This document shows positions 48,692-59,038 of a stretch of DNA of 64,000 nucleotides, piece after piece. The stretch is from Chitinophaga pinensis. Its GTDB lineage: Bacteria > Bacteroidota > Bacteroidia > Chitinophagales > CAMDFR01. How positions within the stretch are numbered: position 1 is the first letter of the stretch; the number at the start of each line of letters is the position of its first letter. The notes beneath the pieces were generated by a model, which was given only the letters and a program-made list of their open reading frames with translations, searched no databases and was not told the DNA's origin. The DNA is taken from assembly GCA_945897725.1 (NCBI GenBank), contig CAMDFR010000007.1, positions 22,022-86,021 of the forward strand, given 5' to 3'. The position numbers were made by a program, and so were the translations under genes.

Positions 48692-50170
48692 ATGAAAAAA
48701 AACATCACATTATTCTTATTGGTTTTGTCTTTGCACACCATGATTGCTCAAATTAGCATCTCAGATGCAGAGAAAATCAAGATGCATTCGACATTTGTTT
48801 CCAAAATGATGCAATCTCAAACAATTCGCGTAAATGAAATGCACAAAACAGATGGTTTTATCACTTCACGTCGCGTAGTCAGTCAAAGTAAACACGATAA
48901 TACTTTAGTAAGTTTGGAAGATTCTGTAAAAGTAACTTATACAGGCGAGTCCTCTTCTACCTATGACTATAATACCATGGTGTATGCTTATAACTATCCC
49001 TACAATACCTCACCTTTCTTTGGCTTTAATGGCATTTTCACGAAACCTCAGATTCAATATGCTCATTATACACATTGGCAAATCAATCCTAATACATTGG
49101 TTTATGGGTTCTATCAAAAAGATGATGTAACTTATGATGCCTCTAAAAACCTACTCAGTGACACTGCTTTTTATGCAGATTCATTAGTGTTGCCAAACAT
49201 GTTGCATCTAAATAAGTTTAATGCAGCCAATAAAATTGAAAGTAGTTATTCTTGTAAATATCGTGGAGGTATCGTTGACAGTGCCTTCAAACAATATTTT
49301 GTGTATGATGGTGCTAATAAATTGATTAAGGATAGCATGTATGAGTTTCATGCTGGTGCTTGGTATGTGGTTTCGCGTTCAATTTATACCTATGACCTGG
49401 CGAATAATCTCACATTGATCAATAATTACTCAAATGTCTCTGATACCACATTCCTTTTGCCTTTGATAGAGCAACTTCAATATGCCAATACCTATGATGT
49501 AAGCAATCGTTTAAGTACCGTGCAGACAAGCTTTCATGATGGAACTTCTTTAAGAGCCTACGTGAGAGATACCTTCGAATATACTGGTATATCAGCATTT
49601 CACACCGCATGGAGACAACATCAGTACGATAGAATTAACTCTAGATGGGAACCAACAAGCAATATGACAAAACATTTGAATGCAGCTGGTTTGCCAGATA
49701 CGATTAATATCAAAGGATATGATAGAATTGCCGGTTTGTGGACACCTTCAGCGATGTATCTTTGTAATTATGACACATTTGGTAATCCCACTCAATTGAG
49801 AGATTATCAATTTAACTTTATCTCTTTCCCATCTACTCCCGATTTTACTACTTATTACTTTTATGAAACTTATAGTATTGATACAGGCAATGGAAATATC
49901 GGTATACAAGCGCTACAGACCCAAGCATGTAATATATTTCCAAATCCAACAAATGGAATCATCACTATAAAAGGACTAGATCCTGCAAACCCAATATTAA
50001 ATGTATCATTAGTGGATATGAATGGTAGATTATATAGAAATCAAGAAGTCGTAAATGATAATGGTATAATTACTCTTTCTATTCTGGATATGAATCCTGG
50101 TACATTTATATTGCTTCTTGCTGATCAAAATGGAGTTCTTATTGATCAAAAACTTATTATTAAAGAGTAG
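48692..50170 (+). CDS. Secreted Asn/Tyr-rich hypothetical protein with a T9SS type-A CTD.
   Basis: Signal peptide (LFLLVLSLHTMIAQ). The C-terminal IFPNPTNGIITIKGL...GTFILLLADQNG CTD. Confidence 0.6.
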   Translation: MKKNITLFLLVLSLHTMIAQISISDAEKIKMHSTFVSKMMQSQTIRVNEMHKTDGFITSRRVVSQSKHDNTLVSLEDSVKVTYTGESSSTYDYNTMVYAYNYPYNTSPFFGFNGIFTKPQIQYAHYTHWQINPNTLVYGFYQKDDVTYDASKNLLSDTAFYADSLVLPNMLHLNKFNAANKIESSYSCKYRGGIVDSAFKQYFVYDGANKLIKDSMYEFHAGAWYVVSRSIYTYDLANNLTLINNYSNVSDTTFLLPLIEQLQYANTYDVSNRLSTVQTSFHDGTSLRAYVRDTFEYTGISAFHTAWRQHQYDRINSRWEPTSNMTKHLNAAGLPDTINIKGYDRIAGLWTPSAMYLCNYDTFGNPTQLRDYQFNFISFPSTPDFTTYYFYETYSIDTGNGNIGIQALQTQACNIFPNPTNGIITIKGLDPANPILNVSLVDMNGRLYRNQEVVNDNGIITLSILDMNPGTFILLLADQNGVLIDQKLIIKE

Positions 50171-50195
50171 ATCCCCATCGATTTCAAATAATATA

Positions 50196-50222
50196 AAAGG
50201 GATGCATTTGCATCCCTTTTGT
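50196..50222 (+). terminator. Rho-independent terminator of the 48692..50170 gene.
   Basis: AAAGGGATGCA-t-TGCATCCCTTT near-perfect palindrome followed by a T-run. Confidence 0.8.
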
Positions 50223-50766
50223 TATTTATGCGACAATTTCATGATATAAAATTGATCTATGAATATTCCACAATAATTTGGAGGATTCTTATCCTTCATG
50301 TCTCACTAAAAAATTGAATAGCATAAAAGAAGAAGGAGTCTCTATTATGTAATAGAATTTTCATTTACCCATTTTTTATGCCTCCATCAAATCATCTATG
50401 ATTCATCAGATTCCTAGACTATTCTTAGTTGGCTTCGAAAATATTTATTAGCACATTGGTGACTTTTTTTGGAGGCGAGGAGCAGAGTATGAACGAACTT
50501 CCAAGACAGGATACGAGAATTTTTTAATATAAAAAAACAGCAAGCAATTTTCTGGTGTGCATTATGGTACCAATTGCTTTTTAATGTTGGTTTTTGTTAA
50601 TGTAAAATCTCGAATCTATATTGTAGCTTCTAGCAACTTTGTTGAATGATTCAGATGCTTGTGATAGTATAAAAAAGGGAGCCATTTTAATAGATTCATT
50701 CCAATTGCTGGTACTTTCAAGAATAATTGTGCAGCTTTAGTTCGAGATTATCTAATTGATTTTGCA

Positions 50767-50810
50767 TAAAAAAACGGATAACTTGAGATTCAAATTATCC
50801 GCTTTTTTTT
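50767..50810 (-). terminator. Rho-independent terminator of the giant T9SS type-B gene (bidirectional design).
   Basis: CGGATAA-N13-TTATCCG stem with an A8 run upstream and a T9 run downstream on the plus strand. Read on the minus strand, the stem is followed by T7. Confidence 0.75.
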
Positions 50811-50821
50811 ATTGTTACTGT

Positions 50822-53800
50822 TTATCTCAGGATAGAAACATTGCCACTCTTAATGATATTTCCTTGCATGCCACACACTGCTTCTATAGTATATACATAG
50901 CTACCAGGACTGCAAGTTCGTCCACCAAAAGTCCCATCCCATTCTGGATTTTGTGCTGTGGATTCAAAAATTTTCTCGCCCCATCTGTCATAGATTTTTA
51001 ATGAAACAATCGTTAGATTTTCAGGATTTAGGAATCTGAAATTGTCATTGTTTCCATCCCCATTTGGAGTGATATAATTAGGAATCTTGAAGGAATTTTC
51101 AAAACATTCATTGGTAACACACACATCCACAGAATCTATAGAAGAACAACCATACATATCTTCTACCATAGCTAAGTAATTACCTGCCTTGCTTGGTTTC
51201 AACGTGAAGTTTGGACAGTTAAAACATAATGCTTTGCCATCCAAAAACCAACTCAAATTATCTGTAGTTAATAGTTCATTTGTTGTCTCCAGTGTCAATT
51301 CTTGACCTAAATTTATACAAGTATCTCGATTTGTAAGCTTAAATTTCGGTGGTTCTTGTACATTGACAGTAACACTTTCAGAAATGATTCGACCATCACA
51401 AAGCCTTGAAGAAACAATATACAAAGTATTGCTAGTAGGTGTGGTGAGCAATGTTGATGTATTAGTTTCATCCATAGAATATGTATTGGAGTAGTTTAAA
51501 GGCAAAAGTGGATCTGAGGCCGACCATTTAAGGGTATCATCGCCGCCATTCGCCATTAATAGTACGGAAGATCCTTCGCAAATGGTTGTGTCAGCGCTGA
51601 CCATGAGTGGAGTATTTATCTTTATCTTAATATTGTAGGTGCTAATGATTGAGTCACATCCAAAGGAAGAACGGATGGTATCCGTAAATACAGAATTCGT
51701 GACATAATTGACACCGTTAAACAGATCACCTTCACAGATGGATGTATCCATGGTTGTATATAATGTGCGAAGCGTAAGGATTGTAGTCACAATAATGCTA
51801 TCGCAACCAGCATAGGATGTAAAGGTGTCGGCATAAACACCTCCCTCACTACCAACGCTGATGACTCTGCCATTTAAGGATGCAGTCTGACCTGGACAAA
51901 TTTCCATCGTTTGGTAACTAATTAAGTTAGGTAGTACTATGAGGGATGTATGAATGATACTATCACATAATTGATGCGATACAAACGTATCCTCGTATTC
52001 TCCACTTACATCGTAGTGATGCATACCTACATCTACAGATGAACCTTGACAAATGATGGGTTTGTTTGAAACAAAATAAAAGGAATTAAATCTAAGATCC
52101 AAGTTTACAAAAGAATCGCAACCAGCTACGTTTACCAGTGTATCGAAATACACTCCAGAAGTTGTCAATTCTTCATCGTTAAATATATAATAAGATCCTT
52201 CGCACAATGTTTGGGTTATGGTTTGAGAACTTTGTGAAAAGACAGTGAGGTGTAAAAAAGCAATACTATCGCATAATCCAGCTCTGATAACAGTGTCTGA
52301 GTATATGCCTGTCAGTTTTTTCTGTTGACCATCGAATAGGTAACTTTGATATTCACAAATACTTGCATAAGTATTGCTGATTGCGTTATTACCTACATTT
52401 ACTTGTAAGCTAAAGATTGAATCACATCCAAAGATGCTTAAAAGGGTATCGGAAATAAAACTTGTTTCTCTAATTTCAATGCCATGAAAAGTGTATGACT
52501 GCCCATTGCATAAGTTGATTTCCACTGAACTGTCTGCGAGTGGCGCTACAAATAGATTCAAAGTGATGATTGAATCGCAATGATGAATATTGCTTAGTGT
52601 GTCATAGTATGCACCAGTCGCGTTTAAAACAAGACCATGGAAATTATAGGTTTCATCATGACAAATACTCACATCAACAGCTGCTCCAGATTTTCTTATA
52701 ATCTCTAAATGCAAAGTAACAAAAGAGTCGCATCCTGCCGCATTGCTAAAAGTATCTTCGTAATCGCCTGCCACATTTAACTCTTGCTCATTAAACAAAT
52801 AGGTTTCATACTGACAAACACTAGCGGAGATATCTTCATGATTGGTAAGAGCGACATTGAGGACTAAAGTGACAATGGAGTCACAACCAAAAACGTTTTG
52901 AATGGTATCCTTATAAGACCCTGAACTATGAATAGCTTGACCATTAAAATAATAACTTTCATTACTACAGATACTAGCATTAATTGTTGATGCACTGGTG
53001 TCATGAACCATTACAAGAATACTTGTACTAGTATCACTGCAAAGAATTCCAGTGTTGGTGTAAAAAATTCTTCTGAATAAATGATTGCCTCTGCCTAATG
53101 AGGTATTATAATTTTGCGTGTTATTGATTCCAGGAGCATTTGTAAATCCAGTCCCATCATCATACTGCCATAAATAAAGACCAATTAAGGGAAGTGCTGT
53201 ATTTCCTGTAAGTTCTAGCATGCCTGTATTCAAGCAATAGGATGAGCTCGGAGGGAATGATAGAATATTATTTGATATTGGACAAATACATGTATCATTT
53301 GCCGTTATGATTGCCGTATCGCTACATCCATTTGCATTTGTCCAAATCATATAGTAGACACCAGCATTTGAAAAGTTGCACACCTTAGTGCTGATACTAG
53401 TTCTGCTTACAATTGTTGCTGTGCCTGCACTACCAATACCTACAGACCAGCTTCCAATACCAGTAGCACTCATTCTGGCAGTATCAATCACATAACATCT
53501 TATTGATTTATCAATCCCCGCATTAGGTTTAGCTTCTGCTACGATGAGGCTTGTATCACTGCAAGCTTCAAGTGTATAGATAAATCGATAAGTACCAAGA
53601 GCCGAAGAACTAAACGTGGCAATGGCCATTGCCGATGAATCTATGGCTAATGCGGCGCCAATTGGATTGGCTGCGTAGGAAGACCAAATGCCAGGTGTAA
53701 GACTCACACCACTTAATAAAACAGTTCCACCATTACAGATAAGTTGGTCCACACCAGCGTTCGGTTTTTCGTTTACAAGAACAGATACAGTGTCGGTACA

Positions 53801-56800
53801 TCCGGTCGCTGAACTACGGATGAAGGTATAAGTACCAATAGCTGTAAATCCACTTAGGGTTGGGGTAGATGCTGATGAGGAAGAAAAACTCACTATCGCC
53901 GGGTTTGTTGCTACTGCTGACCAAGTGCCAGCTCCAGTTCCAGATAATAATACATTGCTATTTTGACAAATAATTTTATCGATTCCCGCAATTGGTTTGG
54001 CTGTTACACTTATGGAATTGGTATCCGTACAACCAGCTACATTGTAAATATATTTAAAGGTTCCTGTTGCGCTTTCACTATAATTTACTCTAGCAATATC
54101 AGAAATTGAATCGCTCAAAGTACTTCCAATTGGATTTCGAATATAGGAGCTCCATGTTCCTGCAATCGAACCAGCACCCGATAATATGATTTCAGAACCA
54201 CCACATGCTATTTGATCCATTCCAGCAGAAGGTTTTGATGTAACAAATATAAATGCGGTATCAGTACAACCTGAGGAGTTCGTTCTGATCAAACCATATG
54301 TACCTTCGCTGACTAAGCCTGAGACGATAGCAATAGCTGAACTGGTAGATGAAAAGGAAACTAGGGAAGGATTTCCGGCCATGGCAGACCACACTGCGGA
54401 TCCTACAGCAGACATCTGAACGGTGCTATATTGACAAGCATATTTATCAACTCCGGCATTAGGCTTTGCGTAAATAGTCACTGTTGCACGCGAAGAAGTA
54501 TTGCTATAACAACCGCTGGCTGGATTATACATATAGGCATAATAAGTAGTGGTCACTAGAGGTCTAACCGTTATTGGGTTTCCACTAGCAATTGGTGTTC
54601 CTGCACTTGAACTGCTAGTAAACCATCTCACTTCCAAACTAGGATCAACAGAGGCAACACTTAATAAAGAAGAATCTCCACTGCAAATAAAGGTGGGAAT
54701 AACTCTTATTGTGGAAGGGCTTAATGGTATTGAAGCCGTATCAATAAATAAGCTATCATAGCTTGAATTAACACAACCAGAAAGTGTATTTATAGCGAAA
54801 GCATAGAGGTATGAAGGATGCGTTGGTGTGTAAACGAGTGGATTGCGTGTGGCAAAATAACTTGAATCGGTTATATTATTTAAATACCATTTCACAGAAT
54901 TATCTGCTCTACTTGGCGTGATGTTTGCCAAAATTGTGATCGGAGTATTTCCACATCTTACCATAGAATCTTCTAAGAATGGTAATAATGTTGGTGCATC
55001 AAGAACATAGATGGTTACCATAGAAAATGAAGAAACACATCCAGTAAGTTGATTCACTGCAAATCCGTAAAATGAATCTGTATTAGAAACAAAGAGATCA
55101 TAATTCATTCCATTGGGAGTGCCTCCTGCATTCATTGGAATGCCCGTTCGAACTGGTGTATGATACCACTCAATAATAATATTTGATTGAACGCAATTAC
55201 CTACTAGACTGACCATTCCACCGGGTGGACAAAGTCCTTTAGGGGATGAGTTTGTAGTTATCACAGGAATGGCATTCACAATAACATTGATAGAGTCTGG
55301 CATACTACTACATCCGGTAATAGTATCGAATGCAACAGCATAGTAGGTGAGGGATGCTGTTGGACTAATCATAAATGATTCGCCAGAATTGTTATATGAA
55401 GGACCATTCAGAGGTGTTGAATGGAGGTAATCACTTGTTGTATACCATCGAATTTTGCAGTTAGGAGTACAAGTTGCATTAAGTGAACTGCTCGTGCCAA
55501 GACAATGTTGCAAGGATACGCCACTAATTTCTGGCACTTTTATCTGTTGTACATTTACAATAATCGGCTGATCGCCAGTGCTATAACAATCTGATGTAAT
55601 CATACTCGCGATCACGTCAATTGTTGAAGTATCGTCAAACAACCAATACTCAAATAGATTAGAAGAACTAAAATTTTGTTTCATGATACCATTCACTAAA
55701 AAGGCATACTGTATGCCGCCTGACGCAAGTACTCGTACTGTATCTCCATAACAAATATTTAGCGAATCGTAAGCTGTGCTTAAAGTTATTGGAGGCGAGG
55801 ATATAATGGATGTGATGAATACATTGACTGTATCATAGGTAAAACAAGGGCTGCAGCCTAGTGTGTATTGAAATCTGTAAACTCCGGTCGGTACCGAATC
55901 CAAATCAAAAAGATAAATGGTATTGCTATTAGTATCTGATGTTCTTATGGAAGCAGGGCCATCAATCTGTTGCCATTTATAGCAACCTCCAATTCCACCT
56001 GAAGAACCACTGATATTTCCACTCAGTCTAGTACTGCTACAAGTAGGAGTGATGTCAGCAATAGTGTCTGAAGCGGACTCATTGTAACTCCACGATAAGG
56101 AAACGGTATCTGAGTAAAATAATCCACTACAAGGATCTTTGACGTGCCAAATAAATCTTTTTGTACCATATGCGGTAAAGATAAACTTATTATTTGGATG
56201 CCAACCTTGATTGGATTTTGAAAGCGACCCTAAATTTCCTTGATTACAGGTAAGCGGTGGCAATGTACCCACGAAGCTTGGTGATTCAACATAAACAGAG
56301 CCTTCATTAACGCCATTATATGGTACGCAAAAATTTGGGAATACCCATTCATCACCTGCATCTGTAATCATGCTCCAGTAGGTTTGCATACAATTGTCAT
56401 TGATCATTTTAAGCGTCGGAGTTGCATTCATTACAAAAATTTGTTTGCTTTCACCATTGCATTCTGATCTATCTGGTCCGGCATTGGCATATGCTGGTAT
56501 TCTAACCGTGATAGTGGTTTGACAATAAAAGGTACAACGAGTAACACTGTCAAAAACACTAAGTCTGATAACATAGTCGCCCGACACATTGATGCTCACT
56601 TTCATGGAATCTGAAGAAGAAAGGGGGCGAAGGAAATTAACAATGCCAGGACCTGAAATTTTTGACCAAGTAAATGTAAGATTTGGTTTGTTTAACAATT
56701 TTAGCATTGTTGGATCTTCTATTTGATAGATTAAAATGCTATCTCCTGGGCAAATTCCTGAGCGATTATTACATGTTTTTTGTGCTTCTATATTGATTCG

Positions 56801-59038
56801 ATTTTGAACAACTGTAACGGTATCTTTAAAAATAACACCGCAAATATCCTTGATATGCCAAATAAAATCTACTGTATCTTGGGGCTTAACCAAGTAGAAG
56901 CTATTTCTAGGATGCCATCCAGGATTTTTATATTTAGCTGTTGTTTTTTCTAACTCAGGTTGATTGCATGTTAAAGTTGGAGTAGCACCGTAGAACATAT
57001 TCTCTTCAACAAAAACAGTGCCTTCGTTTAGTCCGTTATAGGGTGTACAATAGTTAGGGAATACCCACTCGCTGCTGTCATCTCTTATCATACTCCACCA
57101 AGTTTGGGCATCATACATATTAATGGTGTCATATGAAGGAGAAGCTTTCATAACAAAATCATTACGGCCGCAAGCTGTACTGCATTTAAGTTGATCTTGA
57201 CCAGCTGTAAAAAATTCTATATTAGAAGAGATGTCTTTTATACAATAAAAGGAAGCACCGGTAATAGTATCAGTCACTGTAAGTTGTACTTTAATGGAAG
57301 GGCCTACATTAATAATGATGTGCATGGAATCGATCACATCAGTCGGGTTGAGAAATCTAGCTGAGCCCGATAATAATTCCCATTGAAATACAAGCCCCGT
57401 TCTTCCTTCTAATCTATTCACAAAAGAATCTCGGAATTGTGTTATCAAGACCGTATCCCCCACACATTTGTAGGCTGGAGCTACAAGACTGACCCTATTT
57501 TGAATGACCTTAATGGTATCTATGTAAATATTGTCGCAGTTATCTTTTACATGCCACATAAAGTCGATAGTGTCTTGGGCATTTGCCAATAAAAAACTAT
57601 TTTGAGGATGCCAGCCTGGATTGCGCATTTTTTTACTAGTTGGCGATAAGGTGTCCTGTTTGCAGGTAGACGGAGGTGCTATGCCATAGTAGCGATTCTC
57701 CTCCACTAAAACTGTACCTTCATTAAGACCATTGTATGCTACACAATAATTTGGGAAGACCCATTCAGAACCATCATTGCGTGTCATACTCCACCAGGTT
57801 TGATATTGTTCGGCAATAATTGTATCCCATGAGGGAGAGGCATTCATTGAATAGATGATAGAGCCACACATTGGATTGGCATTGGGGTCATCAACAATGG
57901 AGTCAGCCAAATTATTGGTTGAGGCTCTTATTTTATCAACTCCCGCACTTAAATCAACAGACTCTGTTACGTTAATTTGAAAGGTGTCGATAGCTGTATC
58001 GACACCATGAGTGAATGAATAATAGAATTCATATAAACCAGGGGTTAAAGATCCAGCCCCAAGGATATTGGTTGAGGAATCAGTACCTGAAGTAAAGGTG
58101 ATTAACTCGGGGTTGCTAGATTTTTGCGACCACTGTATACTTGCACCCAGTGGGGCTCTATTGCCGGTTAGCCTGAATTCTGATTTTGTTTTTGAATAGC
58201 AACAGCCTCTTGTTTCATTGGTAACATACAACACTTCAGGATTTAGCACCCTGTGATCTGAGTCGTTTAATCTAATATTGTCAAAGTATACATATCCTAC
58301 ATTGCTTGCATTAAGTCCACAGCCAGTTCCTCCAAACATAATGTATTCTTGATCTTGTGAAGGAGTAAATGAAATAGTAAATGTTCTCACGTCATAACCA
58401 ATTCCCGATTGAGGAATGCTTGCTAGTAACGGTGCGCTGCTACCATCTGGTTGAATGACACAATAATTAATATGACTTGCCGGTACAGGTCCAGTATATC
58501 CATATATACCAAAGTCGAAGTCTAGATCATTGGAAGAATTTAAATTTGATTTAGCAAGGTCAATCATTAATGTGTACGTAGTACCTGCTTTTAAATCTAC
58601 ACGTTGAAGAACATATTCTTTAAATTTTGGGTCGGTGCTTCCATTTCGATAATTAATAAACAAACCAGCGAAGGCGCAACCATGAAATTGACTGGCATCT
58701 TTTATTTGCACAGCATCATAGACAGTAGTCCATGAGGTAAATTTGGAAGATGAGTTATTAATATATAAATCTGGCGTTGAAACACTTCTTGGTAATGCAT
58801 TTTGCCAATTTCTTGCGTAATCATCAAACACAGAGTGTCTGGTGGGTACGCCACTCATATATTCAAAACTCGAATTGGTGAGGCCATTGTCTTGCGCTTT
58901 GACTTCTACACCATTGATTTGAAACCAACAGAAAGAAATTAAAAAAAGACTCAATGCTTTATTTAACAAGCATTTAATCTTTGATTGAAGGGATTTCTTT
59001 GTGCAGCTGATTTGAGTTAAAGTAAAAGCATCACCCAT
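50822..59038 (-). CDS. Giant (2738 aa) secreted repeat protein, adhesin-like, with a T9SS type-B (gliding-motility-associated) C-terminal domain.
   Basis: N-terminal signal peptide. The C-terminal ...ITPNGDGNNDNFRF...YDRWGEKIFES...WDGTF matches the gliding-motility-associated CTD. The interior holds three repeat systems, each annotated separately below. Confidence 0.85.
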   Translation of the reverse strand: MGDAFTLTQISCTKKSLQSKIKCLLNKALSLFLISFCWFQINGVEVKAQDNGLTNSSFEYMSGVPTRHSVFDDYARNWQNALPRSVSTPDLYINNSSSKFTSWTTVYDAVQIKDASQFHGCAFAGLFINYRNGSTDPKFKEYVLQRVDLKAGTTYTLMIDLAKSNLNSSNDLDFDFGIYGYTGPVPASHINYCVIQPDGSSAPLLASIPQSGIGYDVRTFTISFTPSQDQEYIMFGGTGCGLNASNVGYVYFDNIRLNDSDHRVLNPEVLYVTNETRGCCYSKTKSEFRLTGNRAPLGASIQWSQKSSNPELITFTSGTDSSTNILGAGSLTPGLYEFYYSFTHGVDTAIDTFQINVTESVDLSAGVDKIRASTNNLADSIVDDPNANPMCGSIIYSMNASPSWDTIIAEQYQTWWSMTRNDGSEWVFPNYCVAYNGLNEGTVLVEENRYYGIAPPSTCKQDTLSPTSKKMRNPGWHPQNSFLLANAQDTIDFMWHVKDNCDNIYIDTIKVIQNRVSLVAPAYKCVGDTVLITQFRDSFVNRLEGRTGLVFQWELLSGSARFLNPTDVIDSMHIIINVGPSIKVQLTVTDTITGASFYCIKDISSNIEFFTAGQDQLKCSTACGRNDFVMKASPSYDTINMYDAQTWWSMIRDDSSEWVFPNYCTPYNGLNEGTVFVEENMFYGATPTLTCNQPELEKTTAKYKNPGWHPRNSFYLVKPQDTVDFIWHIKDICGVIFKDTVTVVQNRINIEAQKTCNNRSGICPGDSILIYQIEDPTMLKLLNKPNLTFTWSKISGPGIVNFLRPLSSSDSMKVSINVSGDYVIRLSVFDSVTRCTFYCQTTITVRIPAYANAGPDRSECNGESKQIFVMNATPTLKMINDNCMQTYWSMITDAGDEWVFPNFCVPYNGVNEGSVYVESPSFVGTLPPLTCNQGNLGSLSKSNQGWHPNNKFIFTAYGTKRFIWHVKDPCSGLFYSDTVSLSWSYNESASDTIADITPTCSSTRLSGNISGSSGGIGGCYKWQQIDGPASIRTSDTNSNTIYLFDLDSVPTGVYRFQYTLGCSPCFTYDTVNVFITSIISSPPITLSTAYDSLNICYGDTVRVLASGGIQYAFLVNGIMKQNFSSSNLFEYWLFDDTSTIDVIASMITSDCYSTGDQPIIVNVQQIKVPEISGVSLQHCLGTSSSLNATCTPNCKIRWYTTSDYLHSTPLNGPSYNNSGESFMISPTASLTYYAVAFDTITGCSSMPDSINVIVNAIPVITTNSSPKGLCPPGGMVSLVGNCVQSNIIIEWYHTPVRTGIPMNAGGTPNGMNYDLFVSNTDSFYGFAVNQLTGCVSSFSMVTIYVLDAPTLLPFLEDSMVRCGNTPITILANITPSRADNSVKWYLNNITDSSYFATRNPLVYTPTHPSYLYAFAINTLSGCVNSSYDSLFIDTASIPLSPSTIRVIPTFICSGDSSLLSVASVDPSLEVRWFTSSSSAGTPIASGNPITVRPLVTTTYYAYMYNPASGCYSNTSSRATVTIYAKPNAGVDKYACQYSTVQMSAVGSAVWSAMAGNPSLVSFSSTSSAIAIVSGLVSEGTYGLIRTNSSGCTDTAFIFVTSKPSAGMDQIACGGSEIILSGAGSIAGTWSSYIRNPIGSTLSDSISDIARVNYSESATGTFKYIYNVAGCTDTNSISVTAKPIAGIDKIICQNSNVLLSGTGAGTWSAVATNPAIVSFSSSSASTPTLSGFTAIGTYTFIRSSATGCTDTVSVLVNEKPNAGVDQLICNGGTVLLSGVSLTPGIWSSYAANPIGAALAIDSSAMAIATFSSSALGTYRFIYTLEACSDTSLIVAEAKPNAGIDKSIRCYVIDTARMSATGIGSWSVGIGSAGTATIVSRTSISTKVCNFSNAGVYYMIWTNANGCSDTAIITANDTCICPISNNILSFPPSSSYCLNTGMLELTGNTALPLIGLYLWQYDDGTGFTNAPGINNTQNYNTSLGRGNHLFRRIFYTNTGILCSDTSTSILVMVHDTSASTINASICSNESYYFNGQAIHSSGSYKDTIQNVFGCDSIVTLVLNVALTNHEDISASVCQYETYLFNEQELNVAGDYEDTFSNAAGCDSFVTLHLEIIRKSGAAVDVSICHDETYNFHGLVLNATGAYYDTLSNIHHCDSIITLNLFVAPLADSSVEINLCNGQSYTFHGIEIRETSFISDTLLSIFGCDSIFSLQVNVGNNAISNTYASICEYQSYLFDGQQKKLTGIYSDTVIRAGLCDSIAFLHLTVFSQSSQTITQTLCEGSYYIFNDEELTTSGVYFDTLVNVAGCDSFVNLDLRFNSFYFVSNKPIICQGSSVDVGMHHYDVSGEYEDTFVSHQLCDSIIHTSLIVLPNLISYQTMEICPGQTASLNGRVISVGSEGGVYADTFTSYAGCDSIIVTTILTLRTLYTTMDTSICEGDLFNGVNYVTNSVFTDTIRSSFGCDSIISTYNIKIKINTPLMVSADTTICEGSSVLLMANGGDDTLKWSASDPLLPLNYSNTYSMDETNTSTLLTTPTSNTLYIVSSRLCDGRIISESVTVNVQEPPKFKLTNRDTCINLGQELTLETTNELLTTDNLSWFLDGKALCFNCPNFTLKPSKAGNYLAMVEDMYGCSSIDSVDVCVTNECFENSFKIPNYITPNGDGNNDNFRFLNPENLTIVSLKIYDRWGEKIFESTAQNPEWDGTFGGRTCSPGSYVYTIEAVCGMQGNIIKSGNVSILR
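51750..53030 (-). repeat. Nine tandem Cys-containing repeats of about 45 aa (CxxxxxYxFNGxxxxxxGxYxDTxxxxxGCDSIxxLxLxV) inside the giant protein.
   Basis: Counted directly in the translation: ICSNESYYFNGQ...GCDSIVTLVLNV, VCQYETYLFNEQ...GCDSFVTLHLEI, and so on. Each unit has two conserved Cys. Coordinates approximate. Confidence 0.7.
53340..54420 (-). repeat. About five tandem Ig-like repeats of roughly 70 aa (KPNAGVDK...GCTDT...) inside the giant protein.
   Basis: Recurring AKPNAG(V/I)DK, ICxGGS, LSG, GTWS, NPxxVSFSS, GTYxFI, GCTDT. Coordinates approximate. Confidence 0.6.
56086..57853 (-). repeat. Three diverged tandem copies (the third truncated) of a domain of about 240 aa inside the giant protein (approximately aa 396-985).
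   Basis: Recurring anchors xSPSWDTI/xSPSYDTI/xTPTLKMI, QTWWSM, SEWVFPNYC/DEWVFPNFC, YNGLNEGTV, NPGWHP, WH(V/I)KD. About 40% identity at protein level, so this is not a recent DNA duplication. Coordinates are approximate, derived from residue counting. Confidence 0.7.

Noticed and set aside
50756-51001. 81-aa plus-strand ORF.
   Set aside because: It overlaps the terminator hairpin and the conserved CTD coding region of the giant gene on the opposite strand.
54549-54761. 70-aa plus-strand ORF inside the giant gene.
   Set aside because: It is antisense within a long, confidently coding repeat gene.
56086-57853. Possibility that the 240-aa tandem modules are a recent DNA duplication or an assembly artefact.
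   Set aside because: The copies are only about 40% identical at protein level and differ in length, so they are ancient, diverged repeats.
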